This document shows, piece by piece, positions 7,701-14,290 of a stretch of 15,567 nucleotides of DNA. Below the pieces are notes generated by a model, which worked only from the letters and a program-made list of their open reading frames with translations, did no database searches and was not told the origin of the DNA. The position numbers and the translations under genes were made by a program. The DNA comes from a bacterium (lineage in GTDB: Bacteria > Fidelibacterota > UBA8477 > JABMPR01): positions 1-15,567 of the forward strand of contig JABMPR010000293.1 in the NCBI GenBank assembly GCA_013202895.1, read 5' to 3'. Every line of letters starts with the position of its first letter. Position 1 is the first letter of the stretch.

Positions 7701-8671
7701 GGTTGACGGATACAAGTTTGGTTGCCGATGCAATGGCAGCGGTCACTGTTTACGATACGCCGACACCGGTGACCCGATCGTTTTACAATAGTGCCACAGG
7801 CTCAACCGGACATATTTCTTATGTGCTCCCTGGAAAACGCATATTTCGTGGATTAATATCTGTGAATGGTCGTGATTTTGGCGGTGAATTTACCATTCCC
7901 AAGGATATCAAATATTCTGGCGAAGGTGGTATTCTGCACGTCCAATACTGGGATGATACAGGTTTAGACGGTAGCGCATTTATCGATACGCTCACGTTTC
8001 TGGGTACTGATTCAACAGCGCTGGATGATACCGGACCGGAGATCGTCTTTATTTCAGAAAATATGGTATTACTCAATGGAGACCATTTCTCAGCAAATGA
8101 GGCTTTAGAGATCGAGATATGGGATGAGCAGGGTATTAATCTTACAGGCGCTGCCGGACATGGTATTACACTTGCCATAGATGAGGACTGGAGCAATGCG
8201 GTTGATGTTACCGAACTATTTGAATATGATTTAGACCATTCTGACCGGGGTCGTTTATTGGCATTTTTAACCGAGATTCTTCCAGGTGAACATCTGGTCT
8301 CAGTAAAAGCCTGGGATAGTCAGAACAATCCTGGTGAAGCCAGTGTTCGTTTGAATTTCTTTGCTGCCAATGATTTCCGCATTTATAATCTATTTAATTT
8401 TCCCAATCCTATGGTAAATGATACTGAGGTTACGTATATGCTCTCACATGCCGCTGATGTTGAATACTCCATTTATTCGCTCGCAGGCCGCAAAATAATT
8501 GGTGAAACAGTTGGGTTCCAGATTCAGGGGTTCAACTCCTTCCCCTGGGATGGGCGTGATAGATTTGGCAATCGATTGGCGAATGGAGTCTACATTTTGG
8601 TTGTTGAAGGTGGCAGTGATGAATTCAATGAAGCAGCGCAGAGTTTGCAGAAGCTGGTAATTGCACGCTAA
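4790..8671 (+). CDS. Large secreted C25-family (gingipain/PorU-like) cysteine peptidase with C-terminal T9SS/FlgD-Ig-type beta-sandwich domain
   Basis: The ORF is open from TTG 4739, but ATG 4790 is preferred. It is preceded by AAGG at 4781-4784 and yields a signal peptide MNRFCTLILLTSSLFAGD. A TATAAT at 4734-4739 would place transcription start downstream of 4739/4742. The C25 catalytic dyad context is NYLGHGSPNVW (His, CAT 7235-7237) and WVAGTCDWAKYDD (Cys, TGC 7337-7339). The C-terminal roughly 95 aa (8375-8668) read FPNPMVNDTEVTYML...YSIYSLAGRKI...WDGRDRFGNRLANGVYILVVEG, as is typical of T9SS type-A/FlgD-Ig C-terminal domains. Confidence 0.8.
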   Translation: MNRFCTLILLTSSLFAGDISVLEKDEHSITVRFTIPEPQLSSFEIGDRSVQLPRWSNAYEAYDSSNQTLAPFFTLPLILPPNGDIPEIQILASEFLRDGRLSKVKFQPQDLGPANRLPSIEAVEMINLKGAEDFRDYKTARIMVYPYFIAGQRLSSLTFRLDFPAYSGSELSQESDLIQGYLNADMAKNWAKTPASSLGRTASVWPQGQWFRFPINAMGIHRINVASFGDNLPETNPISWQVYAPYYEGQALPFSLSHTEPTPDNFKAISMQGSGLEDGVFSDDDEIIFFAQALNGDFKGDNFTHLFGKQRYYWICIPFDDSETANQIDFLPSYLGTHTETVRSYQKRLYHETDLHNQLHSGQSWVGEKLTGSSDQFYISFSDDYLDLSSEINLNVLFRIDYDVDNYQDILDVELNDIPFNVNQIKTVQNKKIILNGTAGENLMRDKSVGNNILKLDYSSNSPNSIIYLDSLRFSYDRQLAPSSEYLFGTVDLPGAINRLIFQDLSSGFQLWDISNPSNVVEWQIENNLYLHQGTGKHEIIGFNDDQLIDVILTETADQGNPQLRQAGRQADYIIITPEIFLDQAERIRELREELVPEAEQLTVEIVKINDIYDEFSAGTVDPAAIKHFLHYVYFSWDQSNRIRYVLFLGDTDYDYRNITGQSKMLIPTFQKDGISDISSYATDDKYTFIASGIWDALPDIAIGRYPAQRVDQLEIMIDKLISYELTPEPGIWRNTVTLVADDPLRPSKTVEYAHITDTESLAGIIPESMHVDKVYLTEYPEVQDPNSPYIKKPKARDEFLQKLFNGTLLVNYLGHGSPNVWAQEEVFTVSDLGLVKTNMRLPFWVAGTCDWAKYDDVSSSCVPEELMLMESNGAIGILSTTRKTFSSYNRILLLDFFDFLFPDNQASRSIPVGDAIMMAKNITAGSDPNNEKYVLFSDPALRLASPVRKGQIQSVTPSVLQAMGSVNFSGLTDTSLVADAMAAVTVYDTPTPVTRSFYNSATGSTGHISYVLPGKRIFRGLISVNGRDFGGEFTIPKDIKYSGEGGILHVQYWDDTGLDGSAFIDTLTFLGTDSTALDDTGPEIVFISENMVLLNGDHFSANEALEIEIWDEQGINLTGAAGHGITLAIDEDWSNAVDVTELFEYDLDHSDRGRLLAFLTEILPGEHLVSVKAWDSQNNPGEASVRLNFFAANDFRIYNLFNFPNPMVNDTEVTYMLSHAADVEYSIYSLAGRKIIGETVGFQIQGFNSFPWDGRDRFGNRLANGVYILVVEGGSDEFNEAAQSLQKLVIAR

Positions 8672-9265
8672 ATGGAAAGTTTAAAGCTGATTCTGGGAAG
8701 CGGCTCCCCTAGAAGAAAAGAATTATTGAGTAAAATTGGCCTGCCCTTCGAAGTTTATCCCAGCTCTGTGATAGAACCGCCCTTTGACGAGGGTGATCCC
8801 ATAGATTATGCTATCCAATTGGCTGCTCTCAAAGCCAGTGATATTTCCGGCAAATTCCCTGATGCTATTGTTGTAGGTGCAGATACTATCGTGTTGCTGG
8901 ATGATCAAGTCTTGGGTAAACCCCGTGATCCAGATCAGGCTCGATACATGCTTCAATTACTTTCTGCTCGTACCCATCATGTAATTACTGGCTACAGTAT
9001 ACAGCATAAAAACCTCAACATTCATCATGACACACATGTGCTTACAAAAGTGCATTTCAAAGTCTTAAGCGATGCTGAAATAAGTAGCTATGTTAATAAT
9101 GGTGATCCCTTCGATAAAGCTGGGGCATATGGTATTCAGGATTATTCAAGTATATTTGTCGATCACCTAGAGGGCTGTTTCTATAATGTTATGGGATTCC
9201 CCATTTCAAATTTTTATTCAACTCTAAACAGACTGCTGGATGAAAATAATCTTACCATAAGGTGA
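8672..9265 (+). CDS. maf: Maf-family nucleoside triphosphate pyrophosphatase (septum-formation-associated)
   Basis: The 197-aa product carries Maf hallmarks: LILGSGSPRRKELL, GADTIVLLDDQVLGKP, ARTHHVITG, and KAGAYGIQD. The ATG directly abuts the peptidase TAA stop (TAAATG). Confidence 0.9.
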   Translation: MESLKLILGSGSPRRKELLSKIGLPFEVYPSSVIEPPFDEGDPIDYAIQLAALKASDISGKFPDAIVVGADTIVLLDDQVLGKPRDPDQARYMLQLLSARTHHVITGYSIQHKNLNIHHDTHVLTKVHFKVLSDAEISSYVNNGDPFDKAGAYGIQDYSSIFVDHLEGCFYNVMGFPISNFYSTLNRLLDENNLTIR

Positions 9266-9392
9266 GAATTCGGATAAAATCTAATATACCAGATACTCAG
9301 AATTGAATAAAAGGTTTGCAGGACACCTCTGGGGGCTTGATTTACACAGAAAAATACTTAAACTCAGCAGCTATCAATGAAGAGGAGCTGCC

Positions 9393-10187
9393 GTGGCATT
9401 TCATGAAGATTTAAGAAACTATCGCCTCAAAAAGGGACTCATTCTGGAGGAGATCTCCGAAGATACTAAAATCAACATCCGGATCCTCCAAGCCCTTGAA
9501 CAAGGCGATTATCATATCCTGCCAGTTCCCTATGTTCGACTATTTATGAAAGCCTATGCCCAGTCAATCGATTATCCTGTTGAGGATATTTTACGTGGCT
9601 TGGAAAATGAACTCAAGCTTACGGGTGAGCAGGGAGCCTTAAATCAGATCCAATCTGATTCAGTTGCTTCAATGGATATGACCGGAGCCACTTTTTCAGG
9701 GGCACAGAATCTTTTTCAGGGGGAGAAGACAACTCAAAGCAATATTCCCCGGCTCTTGGGTGGTATAGTGATCTTGGTCGTCGTTATCATTTTTGGCAAA
9801 AGTTTACTCAAACCGGAAACACCTAGGAATTTGGTTTCACAAGGGCATTTGCTCCCGTCCATGAATATCAGTCAAACACTGGAGTCAGTGTCCATTTCAG
9901 ACTCCGCACTGGCAGCACACTCTGATAGCCTAACTATTACTTCTGTTGATTTTTTGTCCATCATTCGCCAGGACGGATTGACGAACGTGGATACCATCTA
10001 CCAGGAACCTGGTAAAAACTATTCTCTGATTCTCAGCGATTCAACACAGCTTAAATTATACCCCGGCGATGCAGCCCTCATTTCAATCAGTCAGGATACC
10101 ATTCCTGGATCACCTTTTAGTAATTCCTGGTTAGTAATCTCAACCGATTCCAAAGGAAGTCGCTTAAACACATATCCTACGCTCTAA
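9393..10187 (+). CDS. rodZ: RodZ-like cytoskeleton-associated protein (N-terminal XRE/HTH_25 domain, one TM helix, C-terminal DUF4115-like region)
   Basis: The start is GTG, with an AGGAG RBS at 9383-9387 and 5-nt spacing. The HTH region is LRNYRLKKGLILEEISEDTKINIRILQALEQGDYHILP. A central TM helix reads LLGGIVILVVVIIFG. The domain order matches RodZ, but the C-terminal similarity is judged only by eye. Confidence 0.65.
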   Translation: MAFHEDLRNYRLKKGLILEEISEDTKINIRILQALEQGDYHILPVPYVRLFMKAYAQSIDYPVEDILRGLENELKLTGEQGALNQIQSDSVASMDMTGATFSGAQNLFQGEKTTQSNIPRLLGGIVILVVVIIFGKSLLKPETPRNLVSQGHLLPSMNISQTLESVSISDSALAAHSDSLTITSVDFLSIIRQDGLTNVDTIYQEPGKNYSLILSDSTQLKLYPGDAALISISQDTIPGSPFSNSWLVISTDSKGSRLNTYPTL

Positions 10188-10560
10188 GCGCAAGATCTGG
10201 ATACCTGCTTCAATTATTCAAAATCTTATGGGACTGCTACCCACGGGCATCATTCAAAGCATAAAAGCTCTTAAAAATATTTAGTCATATAGGCTCTCCC
10301 GGAAAACTCTAGTATAAGACCACTTCTATAAAATAAGTTCTGCTATGCCTCCCAGGGTGTAGCTATCCTCATTATTTTGAGAATACATCGGATTTGTCTT
10401 CTGTCCAAACCAGTATTGAATACAGCAGTCCCGGTCCAGACGATTCTCTGGATTTGTCCATCTCATCAATAATTTAATCATTTAAATCTAAAAACTACTC
10501 TTAGGGGAAACCCCGCAAGCGACCTGATTGTCACATAATTTTACATTTTGTTCTTGCTCG

Positions 10561-10611
10561 GTGGGTAAATTTCCCTATTTTGGAACAATAGTGGGTAATT
10601 ATCCCTATAAT
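10561..10611 (+). promoter_or_regulatory. Candidate MraZ operator (two 18-bp GTGGG-type direct repeats) overlapping a -10-like TATAAT
   Basis: GTGGGTAAATTTCCCTAT (10561-10578) and GTGGGTAATTATCCCTAT (10591-10608) are 16/18 identical and exactly 30 bp apart. The second copy runs into TATAAT (10606-10611), which ends 17 nt before the mraZ ATG. MraZ is known to bind GTGGG-type direct repeats in its own promoter in E. coli and other bacteria. I found no convincing -35 at a standard spacing. Confidence 0.55.
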
Positions 10612-10628
10612 TAAAGCTGAAACGGGAA

Positions 10629-11090
10629 ATGGGAACACAAACATTTACAGGCGAGTTTCGTTATTCAATCGATTTAAAGGGTCGATTGAATATTCCTGCG
10701 AAATTCAGAAAAGCGCTACCGGAGTCCAGTGAGGACACATTTGTAGTGATTCGCGGCCTTGATGAAAATATCGTGGCTTACTCTCTGGATAAATGGCGGC
10801 AAAGAGAAGAGGATTTGCTGAAGCTCTCTTCCATCAAGCCTGAGCATCGTAATTTCAAACGCCAGGCGACACGTTTTGCCACCCCTCTCAAATTTGATAG
10901 CCAGGGTCGTGTAGCGATTCCTGCCAATCTCCTGAAATATGCAGGGATTGATAAAGACGTCGTGATTATTGGGATGATCGACGAAATCGAAATTTGGGAT
11001 CCGGCTGTATTAGAACGCTATGAGGAAACTGAGTTCCAACTTGATGCTGAGGATATTGAAGCCATTGATAATTATACTAGATCGTCGTGA
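10629..11090 (+). CDS. mraZ: Transcriptional regulator MraZ
   Basis: The 153-aa product has two SpoVT/AbrB-like halves, each with the MraZ signature: DLKGRLNIPAKFRKAL and DSQGRVAIPANLLKYAGI. It is the first gene of the dcw cluster. Confidence 0.95.
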   Translation: MGTQTFTGEFRYSIDLKGRLNIPAKFRKALPESSEDTFVVIRGLDENIVAYSLDKWRQREEDLLKLSSIKPEHRNFKRQATRFATPLKFDSQGRVAIPANLLKYAGIDKDVVIIGMIDEIEIWDPAVLERYEETEFQLDAEDIEAIDNYTRSS

Positions 11091-12037
11091 CCACTGCAGA
11101 CCGGCTGCAATTTCGTCATACACCAGTAATGGTGAACGAAGTTTGCGCTCTGCTGATCAACAATCGTTCTGGAGTATATGTAGATGGCACCTTTGGACTC
11201 GGCGGACATTCAAAAGCTCTCTCCTCCCAGCTAAATTCTGATGCGACCCTGATCGGTATCGATCAGGATGATACCACACTCGCTCAATTCTCTCCTTCCT
11301 TAGTCCAGCAAAACTTGCACCTCGTGTGCACGAATTTTGAGAATTTGGATCAGGTACTTAGTGACCTGAACATCCCACAAGTCCATGGGATTCTATTAGA
11401 TCTGGGTTTGAATTCTTTTTCACTCGATGACCCGGAACGTGGATTCGCTTTTAGCCTTCAAGGACCCCTGGACATGCGTTTTGACAGATCGAATGAGATA
11501 AGTGCCGAAACTGTGCTAAATAGCTATTCACAGGAAAAATTGGCAGAGATTATTTATCGATATGGCGAAGAAAGGAACAGTCGCAGGATTGCTCGTAGGA
11601 TTGTGGAAATGAGAACAGAGAAGAGACTCACTCAAACTGATGAACTTAAGCTAGCGGTTATAAAAAGCATAGGACCGCGTTTTCAAAATAAATCTTTAGC
11701 ACGTGTGTTTCAGGCCATTCGGATCGAAGTCAATCGCGAGCTTGATGTGCTATCCATTATACTAAATACTGCTTTGCAGGTTCTTGCCCCCGCTGGACGC
11801 CTGGCGGTAATCAGTTACCACTCCCTGGAGGATCGTATAGTCAAGACTCACTTTCGCGAGCTGGCACTTGATATTCCCGAACAACCTGGTATGCGGAAGG
11901 ATGAGATTAAAATACCCCTTCTTAAAAGAATTACATCTAAGCCGGTAATCGCCTCTCAGTCAGAAATGCTTGCTAATCCCCGATCGCGCAGCGCAAAACT
12001 TCGCGTTGCTGAAAGGACTGAACATGCGATCAACTGA
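11087..12037 (+). CDS. rsmH: 16S rRNA (cytosine1402-N4)-methyltransferase RsmH (MraW)
   Basis: The GTG start overlaps the mraZ stop (GTGA). Family strings are HTPVMVNEV, YVDGTFGLGGHS (SAM-binding), LLDLGLNSFSLDDPERGF, ISYHSLEDRIVK, and NPRSRSAKLRVAER. Confidence 0.95.
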   Translation: MTTADRLQFRHTPVMVNEVCALLINNRSGVYVDGTFGLGGHSKALSSQLNSDATLIGIDQDDTTLAQFSPSLVQQNLHLVCTNFENLDQVLSDLNIPQVHGILLDLGLNSFSLDDPERGFAFSLQGPLDMRFDRSNEISAETVLNSYSQEKLAEIIYRYGEERNSRRIARRIVEMRTEKRLTQTDELKLAVIKSIGPRFQNKSLARVFQAIRIEVNRELDVLSIILNTALQVLAPAGRLAVISYHSLEDRIVKTHFRELALDIPEQPGMRKDEIKIPLLKRITSKPVIASQSEMLANPRSRSAKLRVAERTEHAIN

Positions 12038-12323
12038 AACGATGCGTGAGATTTTGAAAACCATCGTTTATATCGGATTGGTTCCCGTTGTGGCAGGGCT
12101 CTTGTTCTTATATGTGTGGCTGGGAGAAGAGGTTAGAGCCAGCGCAATTGAACTGGAAAGCTTGAAAGCTCGAGAGATTAAGCTCCGGGGTGAATATAAT
12201 TTAGTTCAAAATGAGAGAAATCGCCTCCATAGACCAGATAATCTCTCCAAATTAGCTCGTGAAAAACTGGGCTTGATCCAGCCTGATCCCGAGACCCTTA
12301 AAATCCGGGTAACCCTTCCATGA
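12024..12323 (+). CDS. ftsL: Cell division protein FtsL-like (small bitopic membrane protein with coiled coil)
   Basis: It sits between rsmH and ftsI, the expected position. It has a single TM helix (IVYIGLVPVVAGLLFLYVWL) followed by a coiled-coil-like region (ELESLKAREIKLRGEYNLVQNERNRL). The longest ORF starts at 11970 but overlaps rsmH by 68 nt. ATG 12024 has AAAGGA 6 nt upstream and is preferred, and ATG 12042 is also possible. Confidence 0.7.
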   Translation: MRSTETMREILKTIVYIGLVPVVAGLLFLYVWLGEEVRASAIELESLKAREIKLRGEYNLVQNERNRLHRPDNLSKLAREKLGLIQPDPETLKIRVTLP

Positions 12324-14290
12324 GCATGACCTATAAAAAATTTCGCGGTCGCTATATCAGCGTAGTAATCACCTCAATTTTGATTTGGACGGTCATGGTA
12401 ATCCGTATGTTCTACATTCAGGTCATCGATGCTGAAAGTCTAGGATCTGCCATCGAGTCGCGCTTTGAAGCAAAGGTTACGATTGCACCTCTACGCGGCA
12501 ACTTTTATGATCGGAACGGGAAAAAACTTACAGATAATATCGAGCACTTTTCCTTTTCCGCCCGGCCGTCAGAAATTAAAGATAGAGACGCCATTGCGCG
12601 CCTATTTAGCAAAACTTTCAATAAATCTAAGGCTCACTATTTAAATAAATTAAACTCAAATAAATCATTTGTTTACCTCGAGCGAAACGTGAATCCCCTC
12701 ATGGGGAGAGAGTTGAGTCAAGGCCCTCTCCCAGTTGGTGTGCAGGTGGAAACAGATGTCCGACGTTACTACCCATATGGTAATATTGCTGCACCATTAA
12801 TAGGCTATGTCGGTACGGATAACCATGGCCTGTCTGGTTTGGAATCACACTATGATCACCAATTAGCAGGTATTGAGGGATGGAAGGAACTTGGGTCTGA
12901 CGGTCATGGCAACACCCGTATCCGTGGAGATTTCAAAGAGCAAAAACCTTTTAACGGTAACGATTGTTATCTCACGATTGATGTAGATATCCAGGTCATT
13001 ATAGAAGAAGAATTAAAATCAGCTGTTGAGCGTCACAATGCCGATAAAGCAATGGCGGTTCTTGTATCACCGAAAACAGGTGAGGTGATAGCCCTGGCGA
13101 ACTGGCCAGGTTTTAATCCAAATACAAGATCTGAAATAACACAAGCTGCCCTCACCTCCCACCCCATTATGTCTGCTTTCGAACCAGGTTCAACATTTAA
13201 GGTTATTGGCGCTACCGCCCTTTTGGAAGAAAGTCGTATCCAGCCCATGGATGTCATCTATTGTGAAGAAGGTGAGTTCCAGATACACGGTATTACAATA
13301 AAGGATTGGCGCTCCTTCGAAAATCTTACGTTTTCAGAAGTAATGCAAAATTCATCAAACATTGGTGTTATCAAGGCGATGGAATTACTGGATAATGCAA
13401 AATTCTTCTCCCAAGCCAGAAAATTCGGTTTTAGCGAAAAAAGTGGTGTCCAATTCCCCTATGAAAATCAAGGATCCTTAAAGAATAATAAATTTTGGTC
13501 ATCGGTTTCGAAATCAGAAATTTCTATTGGTTATGAGGTTGCGGTTACAACATTGCAATTAGCCATGGCCTATTCTGCAATCAGTAATGGCGGGGTCCTG
13601 CTGAAACCTCAACTGATTGAGAAATTTAGAACTCCTGCTGGATACGAACAAAAAGTTGATCAAATGGATGCGATTCGACGCGTGGCATCTGAAAGGACCA
13701 TGCGTACTGTTTCAGACATCCTTGAAAAAGCTGTTTCTCAAGGAACTGGGTTAAATGCCTTTCTCCCTGGTCTCAGGATTGCTGGAAAAACCGGCACTGC
13801 AAAAAAAATAAAAAATGGAGAATATGTGAGCGAATACATCGCGTCCTTTGCAAGTTTTTATCCAGCCCATGATCCAAAATATACGCTTATAGTTGTTGTA
13901 GATAAGCCGCGGAAAGGTGGCTACACCGGTGGTCTGGTCGCTGCTCCAGTCGCTAAAGAGATTTATCGCAGAATATACACCCTGCGGGGGCAGGATCCAG
14001 AGTCAGTCCAGGAATCTCATTCCGTTGCTTCACAAGATCAATATAATGCACCTACTCACTCGCTAAAAGGCAAGCTGCTTAGCTCATCTCTACCGGTTAT
14101 TAGAGCTAATGCCAATAATCTGACTATGCCTGATCTGTTAGGTATGAGTTTGAAAATGAGCCTTTACGGTCTTTACTCAATGGGCCTTAATCCAATAACT
14201 CAAGGTAGTGGTCGTGTTATCCGGCAAACTCCCGCCGCCGGTAAGCTTGTTGAGACGGGCCAAACCGTAGAGATATACCTCGGTGATTGA
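12320..14290 (+). CDS. ftsI: Penicillin-binding protein 3 / FtsI-type class B transpeptidase with C-terminal PASTA domain
   Basis: The start overlaps the ftsL stop (ATGA). There is an N-terminal TM helix. The three transpeptidase motifs are STFK (Ser291, TCA 13190-13192), SSN (QNSSNIG), and KTGT (AGKTGTAKK). The C-terminal roughly 54 aa (14126-14287) read MPDLLGMSL...GRVIRQTPAAGKLVETGQTVEIYLG, which is PASTA-like. Confidence 0.95.
   Translation: MSMTYKKFRGRYISVVITSILIWTVMVIRMFYIQVIDAESLGSAIESRFEAKVTIAPLRGNFYDRNGKKLTDNIEHFSFSARPSEIKDRDAIARLFSKTFNKSKAHYLNKLNSNKSFVYLERNVNPLMGRELSQGPLPVGVQVETDVRRYYPYGNIAAPLIGYVGTDNHGLSGLESHYDHQLAGIEGWKELGSDGHGNTRIRGDFKEQKPFNGNDCYLTIDVDIQVIIEEELKSAVERHNADKAMAVLVSPKTGEVIALANWPGFNPNTRSEITQAALTSHPIMSAFEPGSTFKVIGATALLEESRIQPMDVIYCEEGEFQIHGITIKDWRSFENLTFSEVMQNSSNIGVIKAMELLDNAKFFSQARKFGFSEKSGVQFPYENQGSLKNNKFWSSVSKSEISIGYEVAVTTLQLAMAYSAISNGGVLLKPQLIEKFRTPAGYEQKVDQMDAIRRVASERTMRTVSDILEKAVSQGTGLNAFLPGLRIAGKTGTAKKIKNGEYVSEYIASFASFYPAHDPKYTLIVVVDKPRKGGYTGGLVAAPVAKEIYRRIYTLRGQDPESVQESHSVASQDQYNAPTHSLKGKLLSSSLPVIRANANNLTMPDLLGMSLKMSLYGLYSMGLNPITQGSGRVIRQTPAAGKLVETGQTVEIYLGD

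Noticed and set aside
4917-8196. Nine short track ORFs nested in the C25 peptidase gene (for example 4917-5165+, 5396-5605-, 5673-5954+, 6950-7195-, 7504-7746- and 7819-8196-)
   Set aside because: All are fully contained in the 3.9-kb peptidase ORF, which has a catalytic dyad and a C-terminal domain in one continuous frame. The nested ORFs carry no motifs.
10230-10432. 9-nt perfect complementarity GGGACTGCT (10230-10238) with AGCAGTCCC (10424-10432), suggesting a long-range RNA helix
   Set aside because: A rough estimate gives about 0.4 such 9-mer pairings by chance in a 440-nt region. The helix does not extend on either side, so it is not evidence of a structured RNA on its own.
10504-10514. 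GGGGAAACCCC hairpin as a terminator for rodZ
   Set aside because: The stem has only 4 bp, no T-tract follows on the + strand, and it lies more than 300 nt downstream of the rodZ stop. On the minus strand there is no gene for it to terminate.
10581-10596. TGGAAC...TGGG read as a sigma-54 (-24/-12) promoter upstream of mraZ
   Set aside because: The -12 element would need GC about 10-11 nt after the GG. The sequence there is GG within the GTGGG repeat, so it does not fit TGGCAC-N5-TTGC.
11970-12023. ATG 11970 as the ftsL start (longest ORF)
   Set aside because: It would overlap rsmH by 68 nt and add a non-hydrophobic extension encoded within the conserved rsmH C-terminus. ATG 12024, which has an upstream AAAGGA, gives a typical FtsL length and layout.
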